Shown here in pieces: positions 7,333 to 15,880 of a stretch of DNA of 32,021 nt. Source of the stretch: a virus (Duplodnaviria; Heunggongvirae; Uroviricota; Caudoviricetes); IMG/VR virus record IMGVR_UViG_2531839667_000012. One strand, given 5' to 3'. The notes under the pieces were generated by a model. That model did not search any database, was not told where the DNA came from, and saw nothing but the letters and a program-made list of their open reading frames with translations. How positions within the stretch are numbered: position 1 is the stretch's first letter; each line of letters begins with the position of its first letter. The translations under genes were made by a program, and so were the position numbers.

Positions 7333-8436
7333 TCAATCCAGCCCTAGCTCACACTCCACCGCCGTCCCATACCCACTGCTGTTATCCAACGTATGCACGC
7401 ACCGCGTAATCACCCACGCGGTGCCGTCAATCTCCGCCTTAAACCCCTTCACCTGCACCGACAGTTCCGGGAACAAATCGGGCCGTCCGCGCGCAAGATT
7501 CAGGCTGAACGTTGCCGCGCCGCGCTGTAGCTGCTCCCACGCGCTTTTTGCCGCTCTGTAGGCGTTATTTTTGTTGGCATAGGTGTGGCGCAGCACCTTG
7601 ATATTTCCCTCTTCGCCAACCATCACGTTATCAGCATTGAATGAGGCGTCTGACGGCGGTGATTCTGTTGGTTGCGTTTGTGGACGGTTTTTCCGTGTCT
7701 TGCGCTTCATGTCAGTGGACTGCTTTTTTGCCTGCCGTGTATCCAGCCAGTAGGCCGTCACACCGGTATACGCCTCCCTGTCCGCGATGCTGAACCGGTG
7801 GCTGTCGCCGTCCTCGCGGGTAATGGTTGCGACCGGCAGCGGTTTGCCGCTGGCACTTTTACCGGAACCTGTCGGCATTAGCAGCAGAGCATCATTTTTC
7901 ACGCAGGCGATAGCGCCGTGCAGTTGCGCCAGCCGGGTCAGGAAGGAGGCATCGGATTCGTTAGTCTGGTCAACGTGCTCAATGGCGATCCCAGCCAGCT
8001 CGCCGCTGACGGTTGATTCCAGCTTATGACGCGCCGCCACGGTTTGCACAATCGCGCCCAGCGTCACATCATGGTAGCTCTGTTCCCGTTTAACGTTCAG
8101 CGAATCGCGGAAATCGGCGCTGCGGGCGCGGAGGCTGAGTACGTCCGGTGCGCCGCTGTGCTCCAGTTCGTCCACTGTGAAGACATTCTGGTGCATCACG
8201 CCGTCACCCTTCCAGCCCAGAGAAACCGTTAGCTTTTCGCCCTTTGCCGGAAACGCCAGCAGGCCGTCGCTGTCGTCCAGTTCGAGCTGCAGTTCGTCGG
8301 CCTCAAAGCCCCGGTTGTCGGTGATACGCAGGCTGATTAAGCGGTTGTCCAGATTCCGCGTAATGTCCTTACCGTTCAGCACCACGCTGTACTCCGGCTG
8401 CGGCTGGGCGTTTAAGAGTGCGTTTAACATCGTCAT
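7333..8436 (-). CDS. D: P2 gpD-like tail protein (late control gene D)
   Basis: 367 aa, sequence and position (after U, before ogr) match P2 gene D. Confidence 0.85.
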   Translation of the reverse strand: MTMLNALLNAQPQPEYSVVLNGKDITRNLDNRLISLRITDNRGFEADELQLELDDSDGLLAFPAKGEKLTVSLGWKGDGVMHQNVFTVDELEHSGAPDVLSLRARSADFRDSLNVKREQSYHDVTLGAIVQTVAARHKLESTVSGELAGIAIEHVDQTNESDASFLTRLAQLHGAIACVKNDALLLMPTGSGKSASGKPLPVATITREDGDSHRFSIADREAYTGVTAYWLDTRQAKKQSTDMKRKTRKNRPQTQPTESPPSDASFNADNVMVGEEGNIKVLRHTYANKNNAYRAAKSAWEQLQRGAATFSLNLARGRPDLFPELSVQVKGFKAEIDGTAWVITRCVHTLDNSSGYGTAVECELGLD

Positions 8437-8861
8437 AGTCCGTCTACCATCGTGATGATGTCGCCCAGCAAGCCACCCAGCTTCGGCGGATCGACACGTT
8501 TTAACGCCAGCGTAAACTCAATGCGCCGGGCCGCACCGTCGCGAAAAAAGACGCTCCGGGTGACGTTCAGACTCTCAATCACAAACCAGCCATGCAGCGA
8601 TCCGGTGCCTTCAATCAGCGGCCAAGCCATCCCCTGATCGGCCATCTTTCGCAGGAAAAACAGGGTAAATCGCCCGCCGGTCAGTTCCGGCAACAGCACG
8701 CCGTTTAGCGTAATGGTTTCGTCACCCACGCCGATAAACTGGCTGGCCGGACGTAGCCCCACGCGGGAACTGGCAGGATGCCGCCACGCTACGGCGTGCT
8801 GCATATCCTGATAGGGCAGGGTTTTCAGGCTGAAGACGAACAGCCCCAGTACCATCATCAT
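8433..8861 (-). CDS. U: P2 gpU-like tail protein
   Basis: Start taken at ATG ATG ATG (8861) preceded by AAGGAGG that overlaps the T stop; the longer ORF in the track overlaps T and is unlikely. Confidence 0.85.
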   Translation of the reverse strand: MMMVLGLFVFSLKTLPYQDMQHAVAWRHPASSRVGLRPASQFIGVGDETITLNGVLLPELTGGRFTLFFLRKMADQGMAWPLIEGTGSLHGWFVIESLNVTRSVFFRDGAARRIEFTLALKRVDPPKLGGLLGDIITMVDGL

Positions 8862-8871
8862 AAGAGCCTCC

Positions 8872-11721
8872 TTAATCAATATCGCGCAGGCTGCTGCGGG
8901 TTCTGGCGGCATTCTGCCGTTCGCGCTTGTCCAGTTCCTGCGCCACCAGTTTCGCCAGTTGTTGTTCATTCATGCCGGGAGCAGCGTGGATGTGAATAGT
9001 GACAGGCCCGCCGCTGGCTGCCGGTGCAGAAAGGGATGCTGGCGCGAGCGGGGCGCGATTATCCGGCAGGGCGGCGATAGGGGGCATGGCGACAGCGGCG
9101 GCGCTGAGCGTCAGCCCGGCACCGGCGGCGATTAACTGCTTCGAAAGTTGCCCTACGCTGGCCAGCGCCGTTTGCGTGTTGCCCTCAATCCCGACCGCCA
9201 GCCCGTCCACGGTATAGCGGCCCATTTCGGCGAATACCCGCGACGGTGAGTGAATACCGAGCTTGTCCTTGAACCAGTTGGAAATATTGCTGCCCAGATC
9301 CAGCACGCCCTGCTTAATCGCTTCCCATTTGTCGAAGATCCCCTGTTTCAGCCCTTCCATGATATTGCCGCCGATCTCGGTAAAGCGGGTGGACAGGTTA
9401 CTGAAACTGTTCAGAACGTTATCCCAGACTGTGGTAAACACCGTGGACAGGTTCCAGTTGGTGAAAAAAGCAATGATGGAGTTCAGGGCGGTGCTGACGG
9501 TGGTTTTAATTCCCTCCCAGACGCCAGTGGCGGTAGTGGTAATGCCGCTCCAGATTTGCCCCAGAAATGCCACCACGCTGTTCCACGCCTCAACGGTCGT
9601 CGCTTTGATAGTATCCCAGTGCTGGTAAATCAGACCGGGCAGCGTCCAGTTCAGCAGGATATTCACCAGCCCGTCCCAGCAGCCGAAGAGAAACGTTTTA
9701 ATCCCTTCCCAGACGGCGCTGGTTGTGGCTTTTACGCTGTTCCACGCATCGCTGCATACCTGCTTAAAACTATTCCAGAGCGCGGCGAACTTCGGCCCCA
9801 GCCAGTCCCAGTTACTCCAGATCCAGATGGCGGCACCGGCGATCAGCGCAATCACCGCCAGAATCGGGTTAGCCATCATTGCGCGACCCAGCCAAATTAC
9901 CGCTTTTCCCGTGCCTTTAAAGGCATTCGCCAGCAGCCCCAGCGCGCTGCCGCCCTTAATACCGAGCACCGACAGGCTGAGTTTTAGCGCCGCCATCGGG
10001 GCGAGGATACCGGCCAGCGTCAGGGATATGCCACCGAGCGCTACGGCGAACGCGCCGATCGCCATGCCGATTTTCACCAGCGTGGCGGTTAGCTGCGGGT
10101 TGGCCTTCATCCATGCGCCGATGGACTGTAAAACGCCGGTCATACGTTGGGTAATGCTGCGCAACGGGCTGTCTACCGATTCGAACATCTCAATACCGAG
10201 ATCTTCCCACGCTGAGTCAAGATTCTGGAGATCCCCCTTCATATTATCGGCCATCGTTTTGGCAACTTTGCCAGCGGTACCGAGGGAGGCTTTCACCTGT
10301 TCGGCATAGGCTTCAATGCGCTGCGACGGATCGAGTGACGCCTGTTTGTCGAGCAGTTCCATCATAGCGGAGGAGGCTTCCACGCCGAAAATATCCTTGA
10401 TGTAGGACATTTTCTTCACGTTGCCGACACCGCCGATCCCTTGCTTCTCAAATGCGGCGGAGATTTCTGCCAGTAGCTGCGGCATCTCTTTCATTTTCCC
10501 GGTGCTGTCTGCCACCGAGACTTTCAGATCTTCCAGCGCGGCGGCGGCTTTTTTCGGCTGTGATGCCAGCCGCAACAGCGCCATACGTAAGGATGTACCT
10601 GCCTGCGATCCCTGAATCCCTACGTTGCCCAGCATCCCGACCATTGCTGACATGGTTTCAAAATCCTGCCCTGCCGCCTGCGCAGCCGGGCCAACGTATT
10701 TCATGGTTTCACCCAGCATCTGCAGGTCGGTATTAGACGTAGTGAACGTGAAAGTCAGCGCGTCAGCCATGCGTTGCATCTGGTCTGCCGGGATTTTATA
10801 GGCGCTCTGGATGTTGGAGGCGATATCGGAAACCTGTGCCAATTGCGTATCCATCCCCGCCGCTTTCGCTAGATCCAGCATGTGCGGCATCGCCTTTTCG
10901 ATTTTGTCAGGCGAATAACCTGCCATTGCCAGAAAGCCTTGCCCCTGCGCTACGTCGTTAGCGGTGAAGCTGGTTGATGCGCCCAGCTCGCGTGATTGCA
11001 CCCGCAACCGCTTCAGTTCGTCAGAATTTTTATCGGTACGGGTTAGCGCCTGTACGCGCGACATGCCCACGTCGAAATCGTAGCCGGGCATCATTACCCG
11101 CGCGCTGCCGTAAAGCATACCCACGCCGGTGGCCGTCGTGGTTGCGCCGAATCCGGCCAGTTTGTTGCGGGCGTCCATTGCTCCTGCGTAGCTATTTTTT
11201 GCAGAGTTCATCCGCTGCTGCTGCCGGTTTAGCCGTTCCAGTCGCCTGCGCTGTTCCTCCATGCTACGGTTAGCACTCTCCAGTCGTTGCCGTAGTTCAC
11301 TCTGGCGCTGGCTGAGATTACGGGTATCGATACCAGCGTTGCGCAGTACGGTGCGGCTACGCTGCTGGGCTTGAGTAAGCTGACCATGCCGTTCTTTAAG
11401 TCGCCGCGCCTCCTGCTGAGCACGTTCAAACTCCCGACGCATCGCTGCCGTGGGCGCAGTGCTGCTTTGCATTGCCGTGGCCAGCGCCCGGACGCGATCC
11501 TGCGCGCTATTAAGCTGGTTGCCGGTGACGGCGACATCGCGCGCCAGCTTGCGGTAGCCATCGATTTGTCCGGCCTGTTTGTTCAGGTCTTTGACCTGCT
11601 GCTGCGCCGCTTTCAGCGCTCTGGCGGTGTCGCTACTGCTTTGCGTGACGGCTTTTAGCGGGCGGGTGATTTTATCTACGGCGCTGAGTAGTACCTGTAA
11701 ACGAAGGTTTTGTGTGCTCAT
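8872..11721 (-). CDS. T: Tail tape measure protein (P2 gpT-like)
   Basis: 949 aa; coiled-coil-rich N-terminus, Gly/Ala-rich hydrophobic central segment; start ATG overlaps E' stop (ATGA). Confidence 0.9.
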   Translation of the reverse strand: MSTQNLRLQVLLSAVDKITRPLKAVTQSSSDTARALKAAQQQVKDLNKQAGQIDGYRKLARDVAVTGNQLNSAQDRVRALATAMQSSTAPTAAMRREFERAQQEARRLKERHGQLTQAQQRSRTVLRNAGIDTRNLSQRQSELRQRLESANRSMEEQRRRLERLNRQQQRMNSAKNSYAGAMDARNKLAGFGATTTATGVGMLYGSARVMMPGYDFDVGMSRVQALTRTDKNSDELKRLRVQSRELGASTSFTANDVAQGQGFLAMAGYSPDKIEKAMPHMLDLAKAAGMDTQLAQVSDIASNIQSAYKIPADQMQRMADALTFTFTTSNTDLQMLGETMKYVGPAAQAAGQDFETMSAMVGMLGNVGIQGSQAGTSLRMALLRLASQPKKAAAALEDLKVSVADSTGKMKEMPQLLAEISAAFEKQGIGGVGNVKKMSYIKDIFGVEASSAMMELLDKQASLDPSQRIEAYAEQVKASLGTAGKVAKTMADNMKGDLQNLDSAWEDLGIEMFESVDSPLRSITQRMTGVLQSIGAWMKANPQLTATLVKIGMAIGAFAVALGGISLTLAGILAPMAALKLSLSVLGIKGGSALGLLANAFKGTGKAVIWLGRAMMANPILAVIALIAGAAIWIWSNWDWLGPKFAALWNSFKQVCSDAWNSVKATTSAVWEGIKTFLFGCWDGLVNILLNWTLPGLIYQHWDTIKATTVEAWNSVVAFLGQIWSGITTTATGVWEGIKTTVSTALNSIIAFFTNWNLSTVFTTVWDNVLNSFSNLSTRFTEIGGNIMEGLKQGIFDKWEAIKQGVLDLGSNISNWFKDKLGIHSPSRVFAEMGRYTVDGLAVGIEGNTQTALASVGQLSKQLIAAGAGLTLSAAAVAMPPIAALPDNRAPLAPASLSAPAASGGPVTIHIHAAPGMNEQQLAKLVAQELDKRERQNAARTRSSLRDID

Positions 11722-12139
11722 GATTCAACACCGCTGCGCTGGCGGGCCTGCTCCCGCCAGTAAAGGGTTTCGCCAAGGGTTAATGCGTCCATCGCGGATA
11801 GCGGCCAATGGAAGATGACGGCTATGTCGCCTTGAGCATCCTCTATGCGTCCGGGGTATCCGCTGCTTCCGGCGAGGTCTGAGGCAAAAAACCGACAAGC
11901 GCCGTACCGAAGGCTGTCAGGTCGATAAAATCCAGTTGCGCCACCTCATGCTTATTCAGCGGCGGTGCGGTGATGCGCGGCAGAACGTTGGTGAGTGCAT
12001 CTACGTTAAGGCTTAACAGCTCCACCAGACTGACACCGCGCAGGTCGCCGCCCAGCGGTTTACGGATCTGGAACTCGACAAATTCGGTTTCACCGCGTTT
12101 CAGGGGAGTATTCAGGGTAACGGTTTTACGTTCGCTCAT
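11718..12139 (-). CDS. E': E+E' fusion produced by programmed -1 ribosomal frameshift at T_TTT_TTG (minus-strand heptamer at 11885-11891)
   Basis: In-frame codons GGT TTT TTG give the slippery heptamer; hand translation of the -1 frame continues about 57 codons to a TGA at 11718-11720 overlapping the T start codon, giving a fusion of about 141 aa as in P2. Confidence 0.75.
11843..12139 (-). CDS. E: Tail assembly chaperone E (P2 gpE-like)
   Basis: 98 aa ORF directly upstream of T, downstream of FII. Confidence 0.85.
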   Translation of the reverse strand: MSERKTVTLNTPLKRGETEFVEFQIRKPLGGDLRGVSLVELLSLNVDALTNVLPRITAPPLNKHEVAQLDFIDLTAFGTALVGFLPQTSPEAADTPDA

Positions 12140-12148
12140 GGTTCATCC

Positions 12149-12664
12149 TTACAGGCCAATGGCGCGACGTGCGCCAGCCAGACGGTCTTTGCCGTCGATA
12201 TTTTCAATAAAGTTCACGGTGTCGATTTCGACGATGGTTTCACCGTTGACGCTCTCTTTGTAATAGGTACAAAGGGTGCTGATTTTGGTGGCGGAGTTCT
12301 CGCCCTGCTTGTATTCGCCGCGATCCAGCTCTTTGTGGCGACCACGCACCACGATTTCCACTGCGTCGTACTCTTCGCTGTCTTCACGCTGGATAGCGCC
12401 GGAGAATCGCAGCATCACGCCGCTGATCTTCGTCCAGCCGATCTGCCGCAGCACCAGCAGCTCATAGCCGCCGATTGACCATTCCACGCTGAGCGCCTCG
12501 TCATCCAGCCCCAGATCGACATGCGCTGCGCCGTTCATGCCGCCGCCACGATAGGCTTCCAGCTTGCGCGTCAGCTTTGCCGGAGTGAAGGACTCCACCT
12601 GCGCCAGATAGATATCGCCCTCGTTAAACAGGTTGAGGTATTTCAGTTTGCTGGGTAGTGCCAT
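12149..12664 (-). CDS. FII: Tail tube protein (P2 gpFII-like)
   Basis: 171 aa; position and sequence consistent with P2 FII. Confidence 0.85.
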   Translation of the reverse strand: MALPSKLKYLNLFNEGDIYLAQVESFTPAKLTRKLEAYRGGGMNGAAHVDLGLDDEALSVEWSIGGYELLVLRQIGWTKISGVMLRFSGAIQREDSEEYDAVEIVVRGRHKELDRGEYKQGENSATKISTLCTYYKESVNGETIVEIDTVNFIENIDGKDRLAGARRAIGL

Positions 12665-12678
12665 GGTGCGTTCTCCTG

Positions 12679-13857
12679 TTACACGGTGGTGGCGATGGAT
12701 TCAGCCAGATTGACCAGATAGCGGTCAGTGATACGCTGGCGGAACATCAGGTTTTCCAGCGGCGGCACCGGGGTGTAGTCGTAGTCGATATACGCTTTAC
12801 CCGCTTTCAGGATGTCCGGCGTGTTGGCGGCGGGATCGAACCATGCGGAACCATCGACGATGTAGCCGTTGCCTTTCAGTTCGCGGAATTTGGCGTTCAC
12901 GCCTTCGATAATGTCGCGGAACAGAGAAGCGTGTTGCGGTTTATCTACCGCCCAGAAGTGGGCGTCGGCGATGGTATCCGCCAGCACCTGCGCGGTGCGG
13001 GTGTAGTTCTCAAAGGCAAACAGCGGATCGGTGCTGCAGGTGCGCGATCCCCAGAAGCGATAGCCGCCGTTGCAAATCAGCGTGGTGACGTCGTGGCTGT
13101 TGAGGTAATCGGAGTCGGTGGCGGTGGACTGGAGATCCCAGAATACGCTGCGGGAAATGCCGGTCACGCCGTTGACGTCAACGTTGGACAGCGTTTTATG
13201 CCAGCCGATTTCTTCATCAATTTTTGCACGCAGGCCCACGGCGCGGGCGGTGGCGTATAGGGTGCGTTCGGCAGCAGCCTGCGTATCAAAGCCGACAAAA
13301 TCCGGCCAGATAATCATCGCCTCCCGCGCACCGAGCTGATCGCGATACAGCACTGCCTCTTCTTTGGTCTGCGCGCCGAACGCCGACAGATAGCTGAAGG
13401 CGCGAAGCTGTTGTGAAATGCTGACCAGTTCGGTGGCGACGGGCAGAGAATCCAGCCCCGGTACCGCCAGAATGCGCGGTTTTATTTTCAGTTTGGTTTG
13501 CGAGTCCAGCAGTGCCTTCATGCCGGTGTATTTCCCGGCTGGCGTGCTGCCGCCGATGATATTGGCGGTGGTTTCGGCAGCGGAGTCACCTTCGGCTACG
13601 CGCACGGCGACCACCACCGGCTGCGTCTGGTCGGCGATGGCATCCAGAGAGTGCGCCAGCGTACCGCTATCACCGGCTTTACCCAGCGCAGATCGCACGT
13701 CGGTTAACAGTACCGGGGTATCAAGGGGAAAGGTTTTTTCATCGGCGTCTGATCCGGTGCAGACGATGCCGATCACGGCGGTGGAGATGGTACGGATCGG
13801 GCGTACGCCTTCATTGATTTCAATAACGCGCGCGCCGTGGTGGTAGTCGGTTGCCAT
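12679..13857 (-). CDS. FI: Contractile tail sheath protein (P2 gpFI-like)
   Basis: Start chosen at ATG 13857 (MATDYHHG...) with GGAGG 9 nt upstream; 393 aa. Confidence 0.9.
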   Translation of the reverse strand: MATDYHHGARVIEINEGVRPIRTISTAVIGIVCTGSDADEKTFPLDTPVLLTDVRSALGKAGDSGTLAHSLDAIADQTQPVVVAVRVAEGDSAAETTANIIGGSTPAGKYTGMKALLDSQTKLKIKPRILAVPGLDSLPVATELVSISQQLRAFSYLSAFGAQTKEEAVLYRDQLGAREAMIIWPDFVGFDTQAAAERTLYATARAVGLRAKIDEEIGWHKTLSNVDVNGVTGISRSVFWDLQSTATDSDYLNSHDVTTLICNGGYRFWGSRTCSTDPLFAFENYTRTAQVLADTIADAHFWAVDKPQHASLFRDIIEGVNAKFRELKGNGYIVDGSAWFDPAANTPDILKAGKAYIDYDYTPVPPLENLMFRQRITDRYLVNLAESIATTV

Positions 13858-13927
13858 AGGGCTGGCCTCCATCAGGTCAATAAATGACGATGGTGGCACA
13901 GAGCGAAAAGGGCGGTGACGGCTTCCA

Positions 13928-13950
13928 CTTGTAACCACTGGCACTACAAG
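13928..13950 (-). promoter_or_regulatory. Ogr-box dyad (CTTGTA-N11-TACAAG) of the late promoter for the FI operon
   Basis: cttgtaaccactggcactacaag about 80 bp upstream of the FI start; same 23-bp pattern occurs at three other late-operon heads. Confidence 0.6.
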
Positions 13951-13962
13951 CAGAAGCGGTTT

Positions 13963-14721
13963 TTAATTCAGGATAATCAATTCTGATGTGGCGCTGGCTG
14001 GCTTTCCACCTACGGTATAGCGAATCCCTACCGTTGAGAATGTCAGGCCGTGGAAGATATCGCGCATTTCCGGGATGTCGTTAACCGAGATAATCATCCG
14101 GCCCTGCATGGTGCGCGCCAGCTCTGCCATACGCTGGTACTGCTCAAGGCCAAATGGTACGCCGTAGCCTTCGGTTTTCCAGTATGGAGGGTCGCAGTAG
14201 AACAGGGTATGCGGGCGGTCATAGCGGCGAATACAGTCGGCCCAGTCCAGATTTTCAATGCAGACGCGCGCCAGCCGCAGATGGGCGGCGGATAAATCCT
14301 CTTCCATACGCAGCAGGTTCAGGCGCGGCGGTGAGGTGGTAGCGGTACCGAACGTGCGGCTTTCCACTTTGCCGCCGAATGCCAGCTTTTGCAGATAGTA
14401 GAAGCGCGCCGCGCGCTGGATATCGGTCAGCGTTTCTTCCGGGGTGATCTGGAGCCAGCGGTACATTTCGCGGCTGACCAGCGACCATTTAAACTGGCGG
14501 ACAAACTCTTCTAAATGGTGCTGAAGTACGCGGTAGAGGTTGGTAACGTCACCGTTGATATCATTCAGCACCTCGGCCTGTGCGGGCTGTTTCATAAAGA
14601 ACAACGCCGCCGCCCCGCAGAACGGTTCAACGTAGCAGCGGTGTTTGGGAAACAGTGGCAGAATGTGTTTTGCCAGCCTGCGCTTACCGCCGATCCACGG
14701 AATAACGGGTAACGTATTCAT
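13963..14721 (-). CDS. dam: DNA adenine N6-methyltransferase, Dam/D12 class
   Basis: 252 aa; motif I EPFCGAAALFF and motif IV FYCDPPYW; located between tail-fibre assembly gene G and FI. Confidence 0.85.
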   Translation of the reverse strand: MNTLPVIPWIGGKRRLAKHILPLFPKHRCYVEPFCGAAALFFMKQPAQAEVLNDINGDVTNLYRVLQHHLEEFVRQFKWSLVSREMYRWLQITPEETLTDIQRAARFYYLQKLAFGGKVESRTFGTATTSPPRLNLLRMEEDLSAAHLRLARVCIENLDWADCIRRYDRPHTLFYCDPPYWKTEGYGVPFGLEQYQRMAELARTMQGRMIISVNDIPEMRDIFHGLTFSTVGIRYTVGGKPASATSELIILN

Positions 14722-15185
14722 ATTGTCAATTTTCCAGACCGACTGCTGACCAACGCATACAGCAGATTAGGAGACCAGCGCCAACTATCGCGCAGGTGCA
14801 GAAATTCGGCGCAGAACTCGCTGCAAAACAGGCGTTCCTGTTTACCCTGACTGAGTAACACAAAACCCATGGCGCCCAGCCAGTCGTAACCTTTATCGTC
14901 GTGCTGACGAAAAAAGGTTTCCAGTGCCAGCGGATCGGCGTTGATCGGGAGTAAATCCCATTTCTCAATCGGCAGCGGCATTCTCTTGCTGCGCACGCCT
15001 TTATCCCGTACCGATGATGAGTAACAGATAAACAGGCCATCCGGCAGGCGTTCGACCAGTTCGCAGTGAGAGTAAGGGCCGCGCGTGACCTGTCGCGTCA
15101 ACCAGTCGGAGAGCCGGGCAAGGCTGAAAAAGCGTTCAGCCCGGCCACGGTAGAACGCCATGTAAACCTGACTCATGGTTGCCAT
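14718..15185 (-). CDS. Hypothetical protein (moron), translationally coupled between G and dam
   Basis: 155 aa ORF overlapping the G stop by 13 nt and the dam start by 4 nt; no motif recognised. Confidence 0.5.
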   Translation of the reverse strand: MATMSQVYMAFYRGRAERFFSLARLSDWLTRQVTRGPYSHCELVERLPDGLFICYSSSVRDKGVRSKRMPLPIEKWDLLPINADPLALETFFRQHDDKGYDWLGAMGFVLLSQGKQERLFCSEFCAEFLHLRDSWRWSPNLLYALVSSRSGKLTI

Positions 15186-15880
15186 CCTGACGAGTAGTCG
15201 TAACCCATAACCGCCTGCACCTCCGTCAATGCTTCAACGGCGGCAATATGCTGCTGGGCAGCGGCGAACAGGCGCATATCGTGCGCCATTGTTTCGGTTT
15301 CAAACCGGGCGGCGATTTCGTTGGTCAGTTCAATCAGGTTGTGATTTTTGGTCTGCCACATTAAGCCTGCCGGTATTTGTTTAGCCACGCCCATTTTGGT
15401 GAGCGAGAGCTGCTGGATGCGGCTGTTAGCGTCGCTGTGGAAATGGTGATTATCGATGATGATGTAGTCGGCGGTGATTCGATCGCGATACTGCTTTATT
15501 TCCGCCACCTTTGCCTGTCGGGCTTTTTCGATATCAGGCCGCCAGCGTTTGCCGTCCCAACGGACAAAGGCGTTATCGGGCTTCAGCAGAGTGACGTTAT
15601 CCGGCAATGGCCCCAGATGATGAAGCTGTACCTCACTGCCCGCATCGGTATCAAACGCGGTTTTACCGCGATGATCTTCTACCGCAAGCCATGTTTCTCC
15701 GTTGAATGTCAGGGCAAAGCCGCTCTGGCATTCGGGCGGTTCGATAGTGGTACAGCATTCCGGTAAGCCGGTGTTGGGGGCGATATAGGCGTCGCTGACG
15801 CCGATAAATTCCTGAGTATCTGCCGCGTAGTTAAAGATGCGCAGGGTTTGCGGTTCGTCGGAAAATGCGAATGTGCTCAT
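15173..15880 (-). CDS. G: Tail fibre assembly chaperone (P2 gpG-like)
   Basis: 235 aa directly downstream of the tail fibre gene, overlapping its stop; conserved N-terminal region of Tfa proteins. Confidence 0.8.
   Translation of the reverse strand: MSTFAFSDEPQTLRIFNYAADTQEFIGVSDAYIAPNTGLPECCTTIEPPECQSGFALTFNGETWLAVEDHRGKTAFDTDAGSEVQLHHLGPLPDNVTLLKPDNAFVRWDGKRWRPDIEKARQAKVAEIKQYRDRITADYIIIDNHHFHSDANSRIQQLSLTKMGVAKQIPAGLMWQTKNHNLIELTNEIAARFETETMAHDMRLFAAAQQHIAAVEALTEVQAVMGYDYSSGWQP

Noticed and set aside
8999-11658. Multiple plus-strand ORFs of 70-245 aa (e.g. 9250-9987, 9725-10309, 10452-10736, 10974-11273, 11371-11658) inside the tape measure gene
   Set aside because: They are antisense to a clearly coding 949-aa gene, are rich in Pro/Ala/Arg as expected for reverse frames of GC-rich coding DNA, and have no start context; treated as spurious.
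12658-13846. Plus-strand ORFs (200 aa, 73 aa, 142 aa, 69 aa) inside the sheath gene
   Set aside because: Antisense to FI; no motifs; typical shadow ORFs.
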